From: Psammoneis japonica
Taxonomy: Eukaryota
Direction: 5' to 3'
Assembly (NCBI GenBank): GCA_008632985.1
Contig: QPGO01000021.1
Coordinates: 248,001 to 312,000 of the forward strand
Length of the DNA: 64,000 nt
The notes under the pieces are model-generated. The model worked only from the letters and a program-made list of their open reading frames with translations. It did no database searches and had not been told where the DNA came from. This document shows positions 47,719 to 60,519 of the stretch, one piece after another. The translations under genes and the position numbers were made by a program. The number at the start of each line of letters is the position of its first letter. Position 1 is the first letter of the stretch.

Positions 47719-50211
47719 ATGCGGTTCAATTCCTTTGCATTGTTGATAACGGCTGTGCTTACGGATGCCGGTTTCCCCAACAACATGGGAAAAAAGGATC
47801 GAGTAAAACTTCAGAGCATCTTAAGTGGCAAACTACAAATACCAGCAGATTTGCCATTTTTTGTAAAATATAAAAGCAAAAGAGGAAAGAGAGTGGCAAA
47901 ACGTTGGGCGAAGAACGAAAGGTTTGAAAAGAACTACCCCAAGAAAAGTCTTCTAATAATGCGTCCAGCAAACAGCACTGCTCTGAGGGCGCTTTCGAAG
48001 AGTCATTTTGTGGAATACATTGAACCAGTCCACAATGTACATGCTTTACCTTCAAACGGACTCGCCTTTTCAACCACCCATGAACAAAAGGAAATCTCCC
48101 GCGCATTGCAAGAAACAGTTGGCTATGGCATCGACATGGTACAGGCATCTCAGTTGTGGAATACTCCTAATGCCACAGAATTGACCATTTGTGTCATTGA
48201 CAGTGGGTTCGCCCTTGGACATCCTGACTTACCGAATCTTGATTCAGGAGTTACAGGAAGCTCCGGTAGAACTGGATATTGGGGACAAGATGGTTATGGT
48301 CATGGCTCACACTGCTCGGGGGTAATCGGCGCCATTGGGAGAAATAACCGAGGTGTTGCTGGCATCATGGGCGACGCGAACCCGTTCAAGCTTCACATTG
48401 GGAAGTGTTTAGATGACAATGGCGAGGGTTCTGAAATAGACTTAATTGATGCATTTGAAAGCTGCACTGCCGCCGGAGCAAACGTCATTAGCATGAGTCT
48501 AGGTGGAGAAGACTACAGCGAATCGTTCCGAAATATTTGTAAGGAGGCTTATGACGATGGGGTCCTCTTAGTTGGTGCAGCTGGAAATGGTGGAGATGAC
48601 AGCCATATGTTTCCCGCTTCGTATCCAGAAGTAATGTCCGTAGCAGCGGTTGATAAAGATATGAAGGTTGCGGGTTTCTCGCAATTCAATGACCAAGTAG
48701 AGATTGCAGGGCCGGGAGTAGACATTGTTTCCACCGTTCCAACAAACAAAGGACAAGGGTTTGGCTACGACACCTGGAGTGGTACTTCTATGGCGACACC
48801 CCACGTCGCCGGAGTAGCCGCGTTGGTTTGGGGGTACTTTCCACAGTGTTCGAATAACCAGATTCGCAATGTGCTCGTTCGAACTGCCATGGCTGATGGT
48901 GGCGGATGCAATCATGAGATAGGTTTCGGTGTTGTCCAGGCAAAAGATGCTTACGATCTACTGTTGGCAGAGGGATGCGGTGCTGGTGATCCATCCCTTG
49001 TACCTCTGTCAGCAAATGCCCGCGGGGGTTGTGCTCAAGATCCTTTCTATCGACCACCACCTACAGCATCACCGACTGCATTTGTGTGCACAGAAAAGAT
49101 ATTCTCACTTGAACTCACTACAGATGAATGGCCGGAGGAGACAGCATGGGATGTCGAAAATTCCTCAGGCGATCTTGTCGGTTCCGGCAGTGGTTACCGA
49201 AAAGGTTCACTGTACGAGGAAAAGCTTTGTCTCCCTGCTGACTACTACACCTTTACAATAAGAGATTCGGAAGGTGACGGTATCTGCTGCAAATATGGAT
49301 CTGGAAGTTATGTTGTTTACTTTGATGGTGACCTGATATCTGAAGGTGGGAGTTTTGGAGCAGTTGTCACAGTTGCGTTTGGGGAGAATCAAATAAACAA
49401 CAATCCTACCTCGCCCCATGAGTCGCTACTGGGAAATATCGAATCCAATGGCATTTGCAAGGATGACAAGGACTGGAGTTACACAAATCCAAAAGGAAGA
49501 ACGAAAAAGTGTAAATACTTGATGACAAATACAGCTACAAGATGTCAAATCGTGGGTTCTGATAGGTTTGGTAACAGCTCACCTGGCTTTGTTTCTTGCC
49601 CGGCTACGTGTGGGAGCTGTCCACCGACTGCTGCTGCTGCATCTCAGCCAGCAATACTGTCAACCGCATCACCGACTCCCCTACCAACATCATCACCATC
49701 CGTTCCACCATCGTGGTCACCAACTGAAAGCCCAAGTACTTCGCCAACGCAGTCTCCGACAATCTCACCTACTTATCAACCTACAGTGTCACCGACTCGT
49801 ACACCGACCAAGGTACCGACCGAGCGGCGACAGTGGCGCCAACCAAGCTCCCTACTCGGACACCGACTCAGATTCCGACTAACGTCCCACGAACGCTCCG
49901 ACACCGGTTCCAACAAAGCGCCCAACTGATCAACCAACAACATCCCCTACACCGCCTCCAACGAAGCCACCAACACGTAAACCCACGCCGAATCCCACAC
50001 CGAAACCCGCGCCCAAGAAATGCAAATCAAGGTGGAAGTAAGTCACGTTGTACACTCGTTTATTGCGATCTACTCGACTGTCACTCACGCTCTATGCCTT
50101 CTCAACGTTTTCATTAGGGAGTGTACGAATGATGTGAATGGGTGCTGCTCTGGCCTTCGCTGCATTGGAGATAGGTCCTACCGCGAGTGCACTCCACCAG
50201 ATGACATTTGA
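47719..50211 (+). CDS. Secreted subtilisin-like serine protease (S8), copy 2; frameshift(s) from ~49826 in the PT stalk; intron 50038-50117
   Basis: Close paralog of copy 1 with VIDSG, HGSHCSG and SGTSMATPH; shorter PT region. Confidence 0.88.
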
Positions 50212-51035
50212 TTTTCGAACAAGTATCTACAGTTTCAAGCTGGAAAGTAGATACAGAAGATATGTGTTAAATTCTTCGGCCTTTCTGTACATTCATTACA
50301 ATATGTCGTTTTCCTCCAAGCACTTTCTTCTTGACCGTAAAATGGAATTGATTTACTTGTTCTATAGCCAGAGGGTCGCAGATCTTCCAAATGACCGCGC
50401 CACGCGCTCACACCGCCGACACTGTCCCCTTTTCCGCAGCTTCATTCCTTCACTGCTCACTGCAACGAATGATACACTCTATCGGCACTTCTCTTTCATG
50501 GCGAACTGCAACGATGATTTCTCCATCATCCGCTGAAAACGTCCGCAAACATTTCGCCCGCAAACTAGGATGATACACTCAAACAAAAAGTAGGCAAAGG
50601 TCAAAAGCACGAGTAACGAGAGGTGTTCTTTTGTATGATAATTTCTTTATCACGGTCTACGGTACGCAAAAGAAGACAATCGGCCTTCTCATTCAACCGC
50701 ATTTGTCCACTCGTGTTATTGTCAGCTCAATCAGACGACGTTGAACGTGCAGTCCTAAACTTGTGCTTGTTTTCGAAACTCCCATGTTGCCTGGCACTAG
50801 GTTCAATTTACAACATTCTACGAGGACCCTCGTTTCTCCTGATTCAAAAGCAACGCGTGAGCTTTCTTTACGAGGAGTCCGACACGGTGAACTTTCTTAT
50901 CAGATTCTTTTGCACTGGAATCAAGCTAAACGAGGGCAAATCTGAAAAAAGACCATTATCACAACACAACGAAAAAGAATGCAATCAGAAACAGACGCAA
51001 AAAAGCAACATTCCTTCTCGTACATCAACCGAAAA

Positions 51036-51368
51036 CTACTTACTCCCTCCGCCACTTGGAAAACCACCTCGGCCAGCGGGAATATCATTTGGATCAATGC
51101 CCTGCCACGCTTGAACGGAATCATAAATTGATTTTTCCATGGCCAATGTCAGAAACGGCAATGCCAATAGCCCATACACACCCACGGGTGACTTGACCAC
51201 ACGTTCCACCACCCGTCCTGTCACTCCGCGGGAATGTCCGTAGCAAAACGCACAAAACGGTACCATGGCGGCACTAAAGGAATAAATCCACGCCTTGTTG
51301 TCGATGCGATTGTCCTGATACACAGCTACTGACTGAGAGTTATCGTTTGAGCTTGATGACGATGACAT
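51036..51368 (-). CDS. Small hypothetical membrane protein, probably first exon only
   Basis: ATG-initiated 110-aa ORF with two hydrophobic segments; ends at a GTAAGT donor-like site. Confidence 0.55.
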   Translation of the reverse strand: MSSSSSSNDNSQSVAVYQDNRIDNKAWIYSFSAAMVPFCAFCYGHSRGVTGRVVERVVKSPVGVYGLLALPFLTLAMEKSIYDSVQAWQGIDPNDIPAGRGGFPSGGGSK

Positions 51369-51771
51369 TGTTTTGTTTCGGATCGCAACAGGGACACAGC
51401 TTTTGCTATTGTGGCTCGTTGGCGATCGTCGTTGTGTGGTGTGTTTTGTGTTGGTTGGTCCTTGGTCCTCTTTTGCAGTGATGGTTGCGCGCGGCGCATT
51501 GTTTTCTCTCTTTACGTCATCATGACGAAGAATCCTTTCACGAAGTGCTGACGTGGCTCTCGAGCTCGATTTTAGAGATGGGGTTCAAGGACACGTTCGC
51601 CGTAAAACTCAATAATATTTGTACGACACATGAATCCTCACGAGGTCCAGCTGACCTCCTTTCCATAGAAGCCCATACGTCATCATGACGAGAACGACTC
51701 TTACGTCACAGAAATCTTTTTCGAACGACGCGACGCCGAGAAGCGGCACACACAACAAAAATTGGCACAGC

Positions 51772-54700
51772 ATGCAGGCATCGACCAAGATGATGATGCG
51801 TCGTGCAACGGCTCTTCGCCGTTTGACGTCCTCGAGTAGGAGAGAACTCAATGGGATCCGAGGCTTTCATGCTACTTCTACGTTTTCGGCGGATGCTCTC
51901 GATATGGTTGATACCTTTTCTCGTCGTCATTGTGAGTTTCATCTTTCTGTCATTTTCTAGTTTGACTTTTTTCAGCGGTATTGAAAAAAAACCAACCCTC
52001 CCAAACATATTCTTATATTCTTTTCTGATTGCCTTCTAAACTAATGAAACAGTGGGTCCAAGGCCTGAGGATGCTCAGTCGATGCTCTCCACGATTGGTA
52101 TGGATTCGTTCGACTCTCTCGTTAAATCCACGGTCCCTCCAAACATCCTTACAGGCAAAGAACTCGCTCTGGAACCAGCAATGACGGAGACAGAGGCACT
52201 AGGCCGCATCAAGTCCATGGCGGAAAAGAATAAGGTCATGAAGTCTTATATTGGCATGGGCTATTACGATACACAAGTTCCCGGAGTGATTCTGAGGAAT
52301 ATCCTGGAGAATCCCGGTTGGTACACGGCTTACACTCCCTACCAGGCAGAGATTTCTCAAGGACGACTAGAAATGCTTCTTAACTTTCAAACCATGGTAG
52401 TTGACCTTACTGGTCTTCCCATGGCGGTTGCGTCACTTCTTGACGAGTCAACTGCGGCTGCAGAGGCCATGCAAATGTGCTATGCGCTCAAGGGAAAGAG
52501 GGGCAAGAAGAAGAAATTTTTTGTTTCGGAAGATGTGCATCCACAAACGATTGGACTCCTCGAGACTCGTGCAGGCGCTATTGGAATTGAGATTGAGATT
52601 GGCAAGCACTCGGAAGCTGATTTCTCGACCAAGGACTACTGTGGAGCTATTGTTCAATACCCCAACACGTACGGATCGGTCGAGTCACCCGGCGAGTCGT
52701 ACGAGAGCTTTACCAAGCGAATGCACGAGGCGGGTGGTATGGTGATTGCCGCCACGGACCTAATGGCTCTGACAAAGCTCCATGCCCCCTCCACTTGGGG
52801 TGCGGATATTGCCGTTGGATCGGCACAGCGCTTTGGCGTTCCCATGGGATTTGGTGGTCCGCATGCGGGATTCCTTGCAACGTCGGATGAGTATTCTCGC
52901 AAGATGCCGGGTCGTATTATTGGTGTCACGGTAGATTCTGCTGGAAAACCCTGTCTTCGAATGGCCATGCAGACCCGTGAACAACACATTCGTCGTGACA
53001 AGGCAACCTCCAACATTTGCACGGCCCAGGCATTGCTCGCCAACATGGCTGCCGCCTATGCTATTTACCATGGGCCTGACGGACTCAAAGACATTTCAGG
53101 ACGCATTCATGCACTGGCACGTGTAGCACACCGTGAATTGGCCAAGGACGGGTTCAAGGTGACGGAAGAACCTTTCTTTGATACCTTTGCCGTTGACGTT
53201 TCCTCCAAAGGCATGACGGCGGCCGAGGTCCAGGCTGGCGCAGTGAGTGTTGGGGCCAATGTTCGAGTCATTGATGACAGTACCGTGGGTGTCTCCATGG
53301 GAGAGGGCATCACGCGGGAGGACGTTGCCTCTCTCCTCTCTGGAGCCTTTGGTGTAGCAAATGCTGACATTTCCGCGGATGACTCCATGACGCAAGTTGA
53401 TGCATCTGTAGCTAGAGAGGGAGAGATTCTCGAACACCCAATTTTCCGTCAACATCACTCGGAGACCCAGATGCTTCGTTATCTCAAGGCCCTCGAAAAC
53501 AGGGACTTGTCCTTGAACCATTCCATGATCTCCTTGGGATCCTGTACAATGAAATTGAATGCAACGAGCGAAATGATTCCGGTGACTTGGCCAGAGCTTT
53601 GCGATATTCATCCGTTTGCTCCTCATGACCAGGTTGTGGGTTACCACGAGCTGATTGAGGATTTGAATAAGGATCTTTCTGAAATTACAGGCTTTGCCGC
53701 GGTTAGCGCCCAGCCCAACTCGGGTGCTACAGGCGAGTACGCTGGTCTTTTGGCCATCAAGAGTTACCTCGATTCCAAGGGAGAGGGACACCGCAATGTG
53801 TGCCTTATCCCCAAGAGTGCTCACGGAACCAACCCCGCCAGTGCGACCATGGCAGGAATGAAGGTTGTTGTCGTGGATAATGATGACGAGGGAAATATTG
53901 ATATCGCCGATTTGAATGCCAAGATTGCCAAGCATGCGGATAATTTGGCTGCCTTTATGGTGACTTACCCATCGACCTTTGGTGTCTTTGAAGAAAAGAT
54001 TGTTGAAATTATCGACGCCGTGCACGATGCTGGCGGTCAAGTGTACATGGATGGTGCCAACATGAATGCTCAAGTAGGTCTCACAAGTCCCGGTTTGATT
54101 GGTGCTGATGTGTGCCATTTGAACCTTCACAAGACCTTTTGCATTCCACATGGTGGCGGAGGACCAGGTAAGTGTCGATGGTTTTTTGGTACGACACTTT
54201 TTGTGGTGAACAAATGAGCACATTCTTATTCGATATTTTGTAATGTCATATCCAGGTGTTGGCTCGATCGGCGTTGCTTCGCACCTTGTGCCTCATCTTC
54301 CAGGGCATGCGGTCGACCCTGAAGCATCTGGAAAGCTATGCGGTTCCAGCGATGCTGTCCCCAAGAAGGACGGCGCCGTCGCTGGTGCACCCTTTGGATC
54401 GGCAGCGATCCTTCCAATTTCATGGATGTACATAAAGATGAACGGAGCCGAGGGACTCAAGGCTGCTACGCAATACGCAATTTTGAATGCCAACTACATG
54501 GCAGCTCGACTGAATGGAGCCTATGATGTGCTCTTTGTAGGAAAGAATGGTCAGTGTGCGCACGAGTTTATTTTGGATCTCCGCCCTCTGAAGGCAGCCA
54601 CGGGAGTTACCGAGGAGGATGTTGCCAAGCGTCTTCAAGATTACGGATTTCATTCGCCCACCATGTCTTGGCCGGTAGCAGGAACGCTCATGGTGGAACC

Positions 54701-55040
54701 GACCGAATCAGAGGACTTGGCTGAGCTCGATCGCTTCTGCGATGCAATGCTTGCTATTCGCGCAGAAATTGATGACGTCGGAAGTGGACGGGTCTCCATT
54801 GAGGACTCACCGCTCCGGAATGCTCCCCATACCATGGATGACTTGATGAGTGATCAGTGGGATAGACCTTACTCTCGCGAGGTAGCTGCTTATCCAGCAC
54901 CATGGCTCAGCGCCAACAAATTCTGGCCTACTTGTGGAAGGGTGGACAACGTGTACGGAGACAGGAACTTGGTCTGCACCTGTCCTCCACTTGATGTGTA
55001 TGAAGATGATGAGGACGACATAAAGAAGGTAGCAGCATAA
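51772..55040 (+). CDS. gcvP: Glycine decarboxylase P protein, mitochondrial; introns ~51932-52052 and ~54168-54255
   Basis: [75 protein letters not shown] and [15 protein letters not shown]. Confidence 0.96.
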
Positions 55041-55462
55041 GCGTAGTGCGTACTTTATACTGTTATCTCCACTGTTATGGTAGCTAGCAATGGAGGTGCT
55101 GAAGCTGCTTCAAGTTGCTGAACCCTGTCGAGTTTACAGTGACCGACTTTTACGATCGCGTTTTTTCCTCCTCTATGGTCGAAACGCTTTCCTTACTGAA
55201 AACAGTTGCAATAGAGGAGGGCCACGCGAGAGAAAGTTTTTGTACAACTCAACGCATTCAAGCGACTGAAAACTAGAATGTACCGAAAAGCGCTGTTTCA
55301 ACTCCTAGAGCCCCACAAACAACAATTGTTATGTTGCAAGGACAAGAGGCGCGATAGGCCCATCACTCGAAATCATCAGAGTACCGTAATCGTCTGGCAT
55401 GGTAACCCGCAACCGAGCGAACATTTACTAGCATTATTAAGTATGTACCATATGTAGAGGTG

Positions 55463-56549
55463 TCACGGCTCGTGAATCTCGCCAAAGATTTCAAAGCCAA
55501 CCGCATCGAGTCCCTCGCCTTCTGCCTCCGGAACAGATGTAAATCGAAAGAAACGGTAAAACTTGGATACTTCATCAAGGTCCCATGTATGGCGCATGTT
55601 TGTTTCTGCGTACAAGAGAGGTAGCTCCAAAGATTGCTCGCTACTTTGACTGCTGTTAGCTTTAATCATTTTAGTCAAATCTCGTAGAATTTCCCAGGTG
55701 GGGCTAGCAAGGTTTTCATCATCGCGAGCCTCGTGCAGCAAATCCCACTTATCCGTTCCCTCGAGTGAAGCCTCCAAACTCCAGTTTGCGGAAGTTGACG
55801 AATCCCCCCCCGCATGCCTCAGAGAATACGCGGTTGGTCGAACAAGCACTGTACAAAGTTCAATAACCACAGAAAAGATTTGATGTTGCAGAAAGCCACA
55901 TTTGGTTGTGGCTTCGCACATGCTGAGATCAATGAGATAATCGGGATCAAGCTGCTGAAAGCCATGGACTGGAGCCTTGTACTGAATGAGAGCGCATGGA
56001 AGGTGCATGGTATCCATGTCCAAGCCTAAAATCCGGAATTGGCTCATCATCAAGTCCGTCGAACACTTTGACTTCACCACGATCGCATGGGTTTACGTAG
56101 CTGTCCTCCTTGCCCTTTTTCGTACCGAGCCAATAAAAGACACCACGAGCCTCGTTGTTGCGGGTAATTTCATGAGTAACATAGAGGTCTTGCACCAATT
56201 TCTCAAGACCATAGAACTCGGCTTCTTCACGTAAGTCTCTCCAGAGTTCCGGCTTTTGTGCAAATGATGGAAGGTTGAGACTGTCCTTGCGCAAATGATC
56301 AAGAATGTACTGGAATAGATCCCCGTTTCGATCAAAAAAGTAAACGGTTCGACCCCGATCATCCTTGTATTCGCTTCCTGCTGGAATCATGTGTTTTTCA
56401 TCGAGCCGGGTAGCAAGGGATGACCCCTTGGCGTTAAAGGTGGTTAGAGTCGAGCGGAAACTGTAATACAAACGACCGCCGATATCCAACCCAACAATTT
56501 CATCGTGACGCGGTCGCTTCGCTTCGGTGTCGCTCGTCAGCATGCTCAT
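55463..56549 (-). CDS. KCTD-type BTB/POZ protein with a C-terminal discoidin-like beta domain; frameshift near 56060
   Basis: VGLDIGG...STLT...YFFDRNGDLFQYILDHLR...LREEAEFYGL; GVFYWLGT...YVNP; YSLRH, NWSLEAS, YRFFRF, GFEIFG. Confidence 0.78.
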
Positions 56550-56900
56550 TTATGAGAGTTCTGCGAATGCTTATTCGTGACAAGCCTTTCTTATTTTCAA
56601 AGCTCGGTCTATTTCGATTGGACCTCAGATGTATCGAGTGGATAATATGGAAAGAGGATTAAAGGGAGAAGAAGAGGAAAGATGGAAGATCGTAGAAGTT
56701 TGTCGCCATCGTTGTGATCGTTGATCGTTGATGGCGTTGTTCGTTGTTTTCCAGTCTGCCGTGTCACAGTGTCTTCCTCATTGATGTGCGTACACTACCC
56801 CCCCGGGCAGGACGACGACTCACTCGATTAGATTGAAATCTCAACTACTACTCTCTCTCTAAAAGAGTAGAGAGTAGAGAGAGCAGGAACTCTATATAGC

Positions 56901-56903
<3 letters not shown>

Positions 56904-56934
<31 letters not shown>
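56904..56934. repeat. (TC)n microsatellite in a CTA/TAG-rich intergenic tract
   Basis: Uninterrupted TC dinucleotide run. Confidence 0.85.
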
Positions 56935-56936
<2 letters not shown>

Positions 56937-57307
56937 GAGATAGGATCTAACGAATCTTTAGTTAGATCACCTGCTTCACCAGACATGAACCCGACTACTG
57001 GTAGGCCCTACTACCCACAATGTGCCCTCGAACGAGACACCCGAATTTGATCAGGAACATAGTTAGTTTTATACTTCTAGACTACTACTGGCTCTCCGAC
57101 TCTCTCTGGTAGAGCTTAGAAGGTACAGTCAGAGCTGAAAGTGAATCGCACTTTTCTCATTGAAAATATTGACTACGGGGGTTGGAGCAGTCAGAGCACA
57201 GAGCACTTGTAGCCCTCGCAACAAAATCCACTGGTCGTTTGGACATACTCAGGAGCTGAAAGGGAACAACGTTCTTGCCTGCAGGTCAACACATCCTATA
57301 ACTGCAC

Positions 57308-59994
57308 TCAATCATCATTCTTTATGCCGCAAAACGACGTTTCATGCCGAAGGCCAGGACGCACGGGTTTCACGGTAAAGATGCGGCAAACGTAAGCACG
57401 AGTCTCCTTGACCCGTTCCACATCAAATCCCGAACAAGACACAGACTTGCGACATTGCTTCTTGCACAGTTTGGGTGTCAAATAAAAGTATGAAAGGAAG
57501 AACCCACACATTTGTGTTTGGCATGCAGCGTGAATAGTCTTTTCTTTGTATTCGAAGCGTCTTGAGGTTCGTTGCCATTCACGGCGACTGTAGGCTGGTG
57601 ACCAGTTGGGCCCATTGTGGGAGTGTTATCATACTCGGCCTCTCGGCGAGTTGTGCTACCTGCTCTGACGACAAACTATTGGCCCAAACATAGACTTCAT
57701 CCAAAAGTCCAAGGTATGGTTCGTGAGTGGGTAGAAGCCTCAGATTCATTTTTTCATCACTGTGCCCGAATCCACCAATACTCATACTGCCAGTGGTGGT
57801 AAAGAACAAGAAATCGTCTTTGCCTTCTACGTTGGTAGCAACCGTCATACCGTCGATGAAGAGTCGCACTTCCGAGAGCCGACAACTATTTCTTGGCATG
57901 GCGACGGCCAAATGATGCCACTGGTTGTCGGCCAGGGTCACGTTTTCCGTCGTGGCGGCGACTAATTTCATGTTGGCTCCAGCGTAAAGAGCGGGGACGC
58001 CTTCATCTAGAGTGAGCGAGAAGATTGGGAGCTTGGAGTATCCCGTGTGTGCAAGCCGTTCACCGAAATGAAGCAGTACCTGTTTTCGGCGGGATGCCTC
58101 CGTTTTGAACCAAAGTGCATATGACACCTTTAAGCCAGCACTATGCGGACCCAACCTTCAAGAACCAAAACAAAGCTCGAATTAGCTCATTTTCTCTTTT
58201 CGTCCATCACACACAGCTCAGATGGGTGGCAGTGCTTACGCGAAAATTGCGACGCGACTCGATGTGTTGAAAACTGCAGCTTTGCCCTTGATGCCCTCGA
58301 AAAACCCAAATTTCCAAATTGAGCATCGTATTGTTCTGCAAGAGTTGTTGAGAAAGAAAAGAAATTTGAGCATGCAAACTCCAAATAACATCAGTGTCAC
58401 TGTAACTATGCTTGAGAATAGAAACGTACGACCGAATTCCCCCTATTCGGTAAAGAGTCAAAGCATTCAACTCCTTGTACTGTGATCTTGCGCTGGATAA
58501 GTGTTTTCCGAATATCATCGTGTTTCATTGAAGGGACGGGCCGTTTCGACAAGGGAACTGTCTCGTCAAATGAGATGGAAATCATTTCCCGTTTTCGACT
58601 TAGATATTTGAGTGATCCGGTCGACTTGAACGAAGTTTCCTTGCCCGACTTGTCAATGATGATTGGCCGTAGAACTCGTAGTTATCGTTGTGCCTTGCTT
58701 TGAGTCCGACTTCTTGTACTGAGTGATATTAATGATCGTGTCGGACACGTCGACGGTGACAAAGTTCTGGATGCCAAGTCCAGTCGACACAATTTGGACA
58801 AGAGTCGAACCATTGTCCTTGGTGGCCGTGTTGGCGTGACCTAGTCCAAGCAAAAACCCACATTGGTGGTAAGTAACGGCATAGTCAGAGAAAATGGGAT
58901 GGAAAGGACATAAGGAGAGAGAGAGAGAGACGGAACACGCACTTCACCAGCAAAATATACGTCAACTTCGAAGTCCCGCATAGCCTTGAAGAAGGCCGAG
59001 TTTTCCGCTCCATCCATGAATTGGCCAGTGGATCGGATTTTGCGTACGGGTTGGAGAATGGGTGGATGAGCCTGTACAAAAATATGATTAATCGTGGGAT
59101 CTTGGCGTGCTTCACGCAATACTTCTCGGAACCAATCCAAATGCCGTCCTGTCACGTCGCAAGTCACCGAACCCTCGCCCCCGAGACCTTTCTTCTTGTC
59201 GATGAAGTCAAACGAAAGTGACTGATATGCATCAATGGTAATAAACAATGTATTCTTGTGTTGGTATGCGTACGACGTTTTATCAAAGATTGTCCCCAGA
59301 GGACGAGAGTCAGCTTCTGCGGATAGACGAAAATGTTCAAGACGAAAAGGTTAGAACAAACGATAGAACAAGAATAGAATACGCGCAGGAGACATTAGGA
59401 TAGGGAACGCATGTACATTTGAAGCAACAGGTAAAGCTTACTCCCGATACGATCACCATAAAGAAACTGTCCATTGGGATCGCTATTGAACTCTTGAAAA
59501 AAGACTTGCCGAAATTGTGGCAAAAGGTCCGATTTCAAACGTCGTTTTGGCCATGAATTGTCTCCAATTTCATGATCGCCGATAGCAACTATCAGTTTGG
59601 AGTATCCAGCTTGATCAAAGACAAATTTCATTCCCTCGTAGCATCGTTTTCCTGCTTTCATTACCGCTTCCTCGGCTGTGGTAACGTTCAGCAAACCGAG
59701 GAATTTATCGAGGTGCCATAATCCGCCATTGGTGTCGCCTGGGACGAGTACAAAATCTCCACCATAGTTATCCTTTATGTGCTTGAATGTTTTGATTCTT
59801 TTGACAGTCAAAGCGTGTCGAGGAAGAAGAAGATCGTTCACATGATTGATTGGGTTCAGCACGAAATGCTCCGCACCGTGCCAGTCGGCCAAGGTAACAA
59901 AACGCCACGTTTCTTCAGCCTTGGCCGGCATGCAGCACCATGAATACAACAATAGTGCTATTTTCAACAAAGAATTGTTGTCACTCTGAACCAT
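57308..59994 (-). CDS. Secreted calcineurin-like metallophosphoesterase with a LamG/concanavalin-like domain, multi-exon; 3' end uncertain
   Basis: LADWHG, VPGDTN, AIGDHE, VQAHPP and YFAGEV; LADNQWHHLAV, LFIDG, LLDEVYVW; possible terminal Cys module CKKQCRKSVSCSGFD. Confidence 0.72.
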
Positions 59995-60519
59995 CGTCCA
60001 TTAACTTGCGATTGTGAAACAAATCGGCATCGTCTGCTGCCTCAGCTCATCACTGTGTTCTTCTTTGGGTGTGTGAGTTACTTACACTGTAGTTCGCTTT
60101 CCGTCAACAATTTTAAAAAAGCTATGTATGTACCGGTATGACACAGTACTACGAATTGCTGAACAATTGCGCGATTCACGTGCCCGAAGGCCGAATATCG
60201 TTGCCCGAAGCAACATTCTCCCTTCGCGCAGATGTCCATTCTACGTAGCCTATGGTATTGAAAATCTCATTGTAGTCGTATGAGTCGTCGCGGGAATTTC
60301 ATCAAATGACTTCGTGGTACTGGGCTACGTGATCTACACAAATCGGACATTTTAGCAGCGCAGGGGGAAGGACAGACGCATCCACCCCCCAACGCACGCA
60401 GCCTTGAACGACCTGAATGCCAATGGCATTCTTTGCAACTCGTCGCCGCCTACCGAGGCCGTAGTAGTAGTTGTAAACTTTTTGACAAAGGGAGCGACAT
60501 ACGCCAACCTTATCTCTTG

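Noticed and set aside
53096..54223. 375-aa antisense ORF inside gcvP, and similar antisense ORFs over PT repeats
   Set aside because: Shadow frames arising from the codon bias of the real sense-strand genes.
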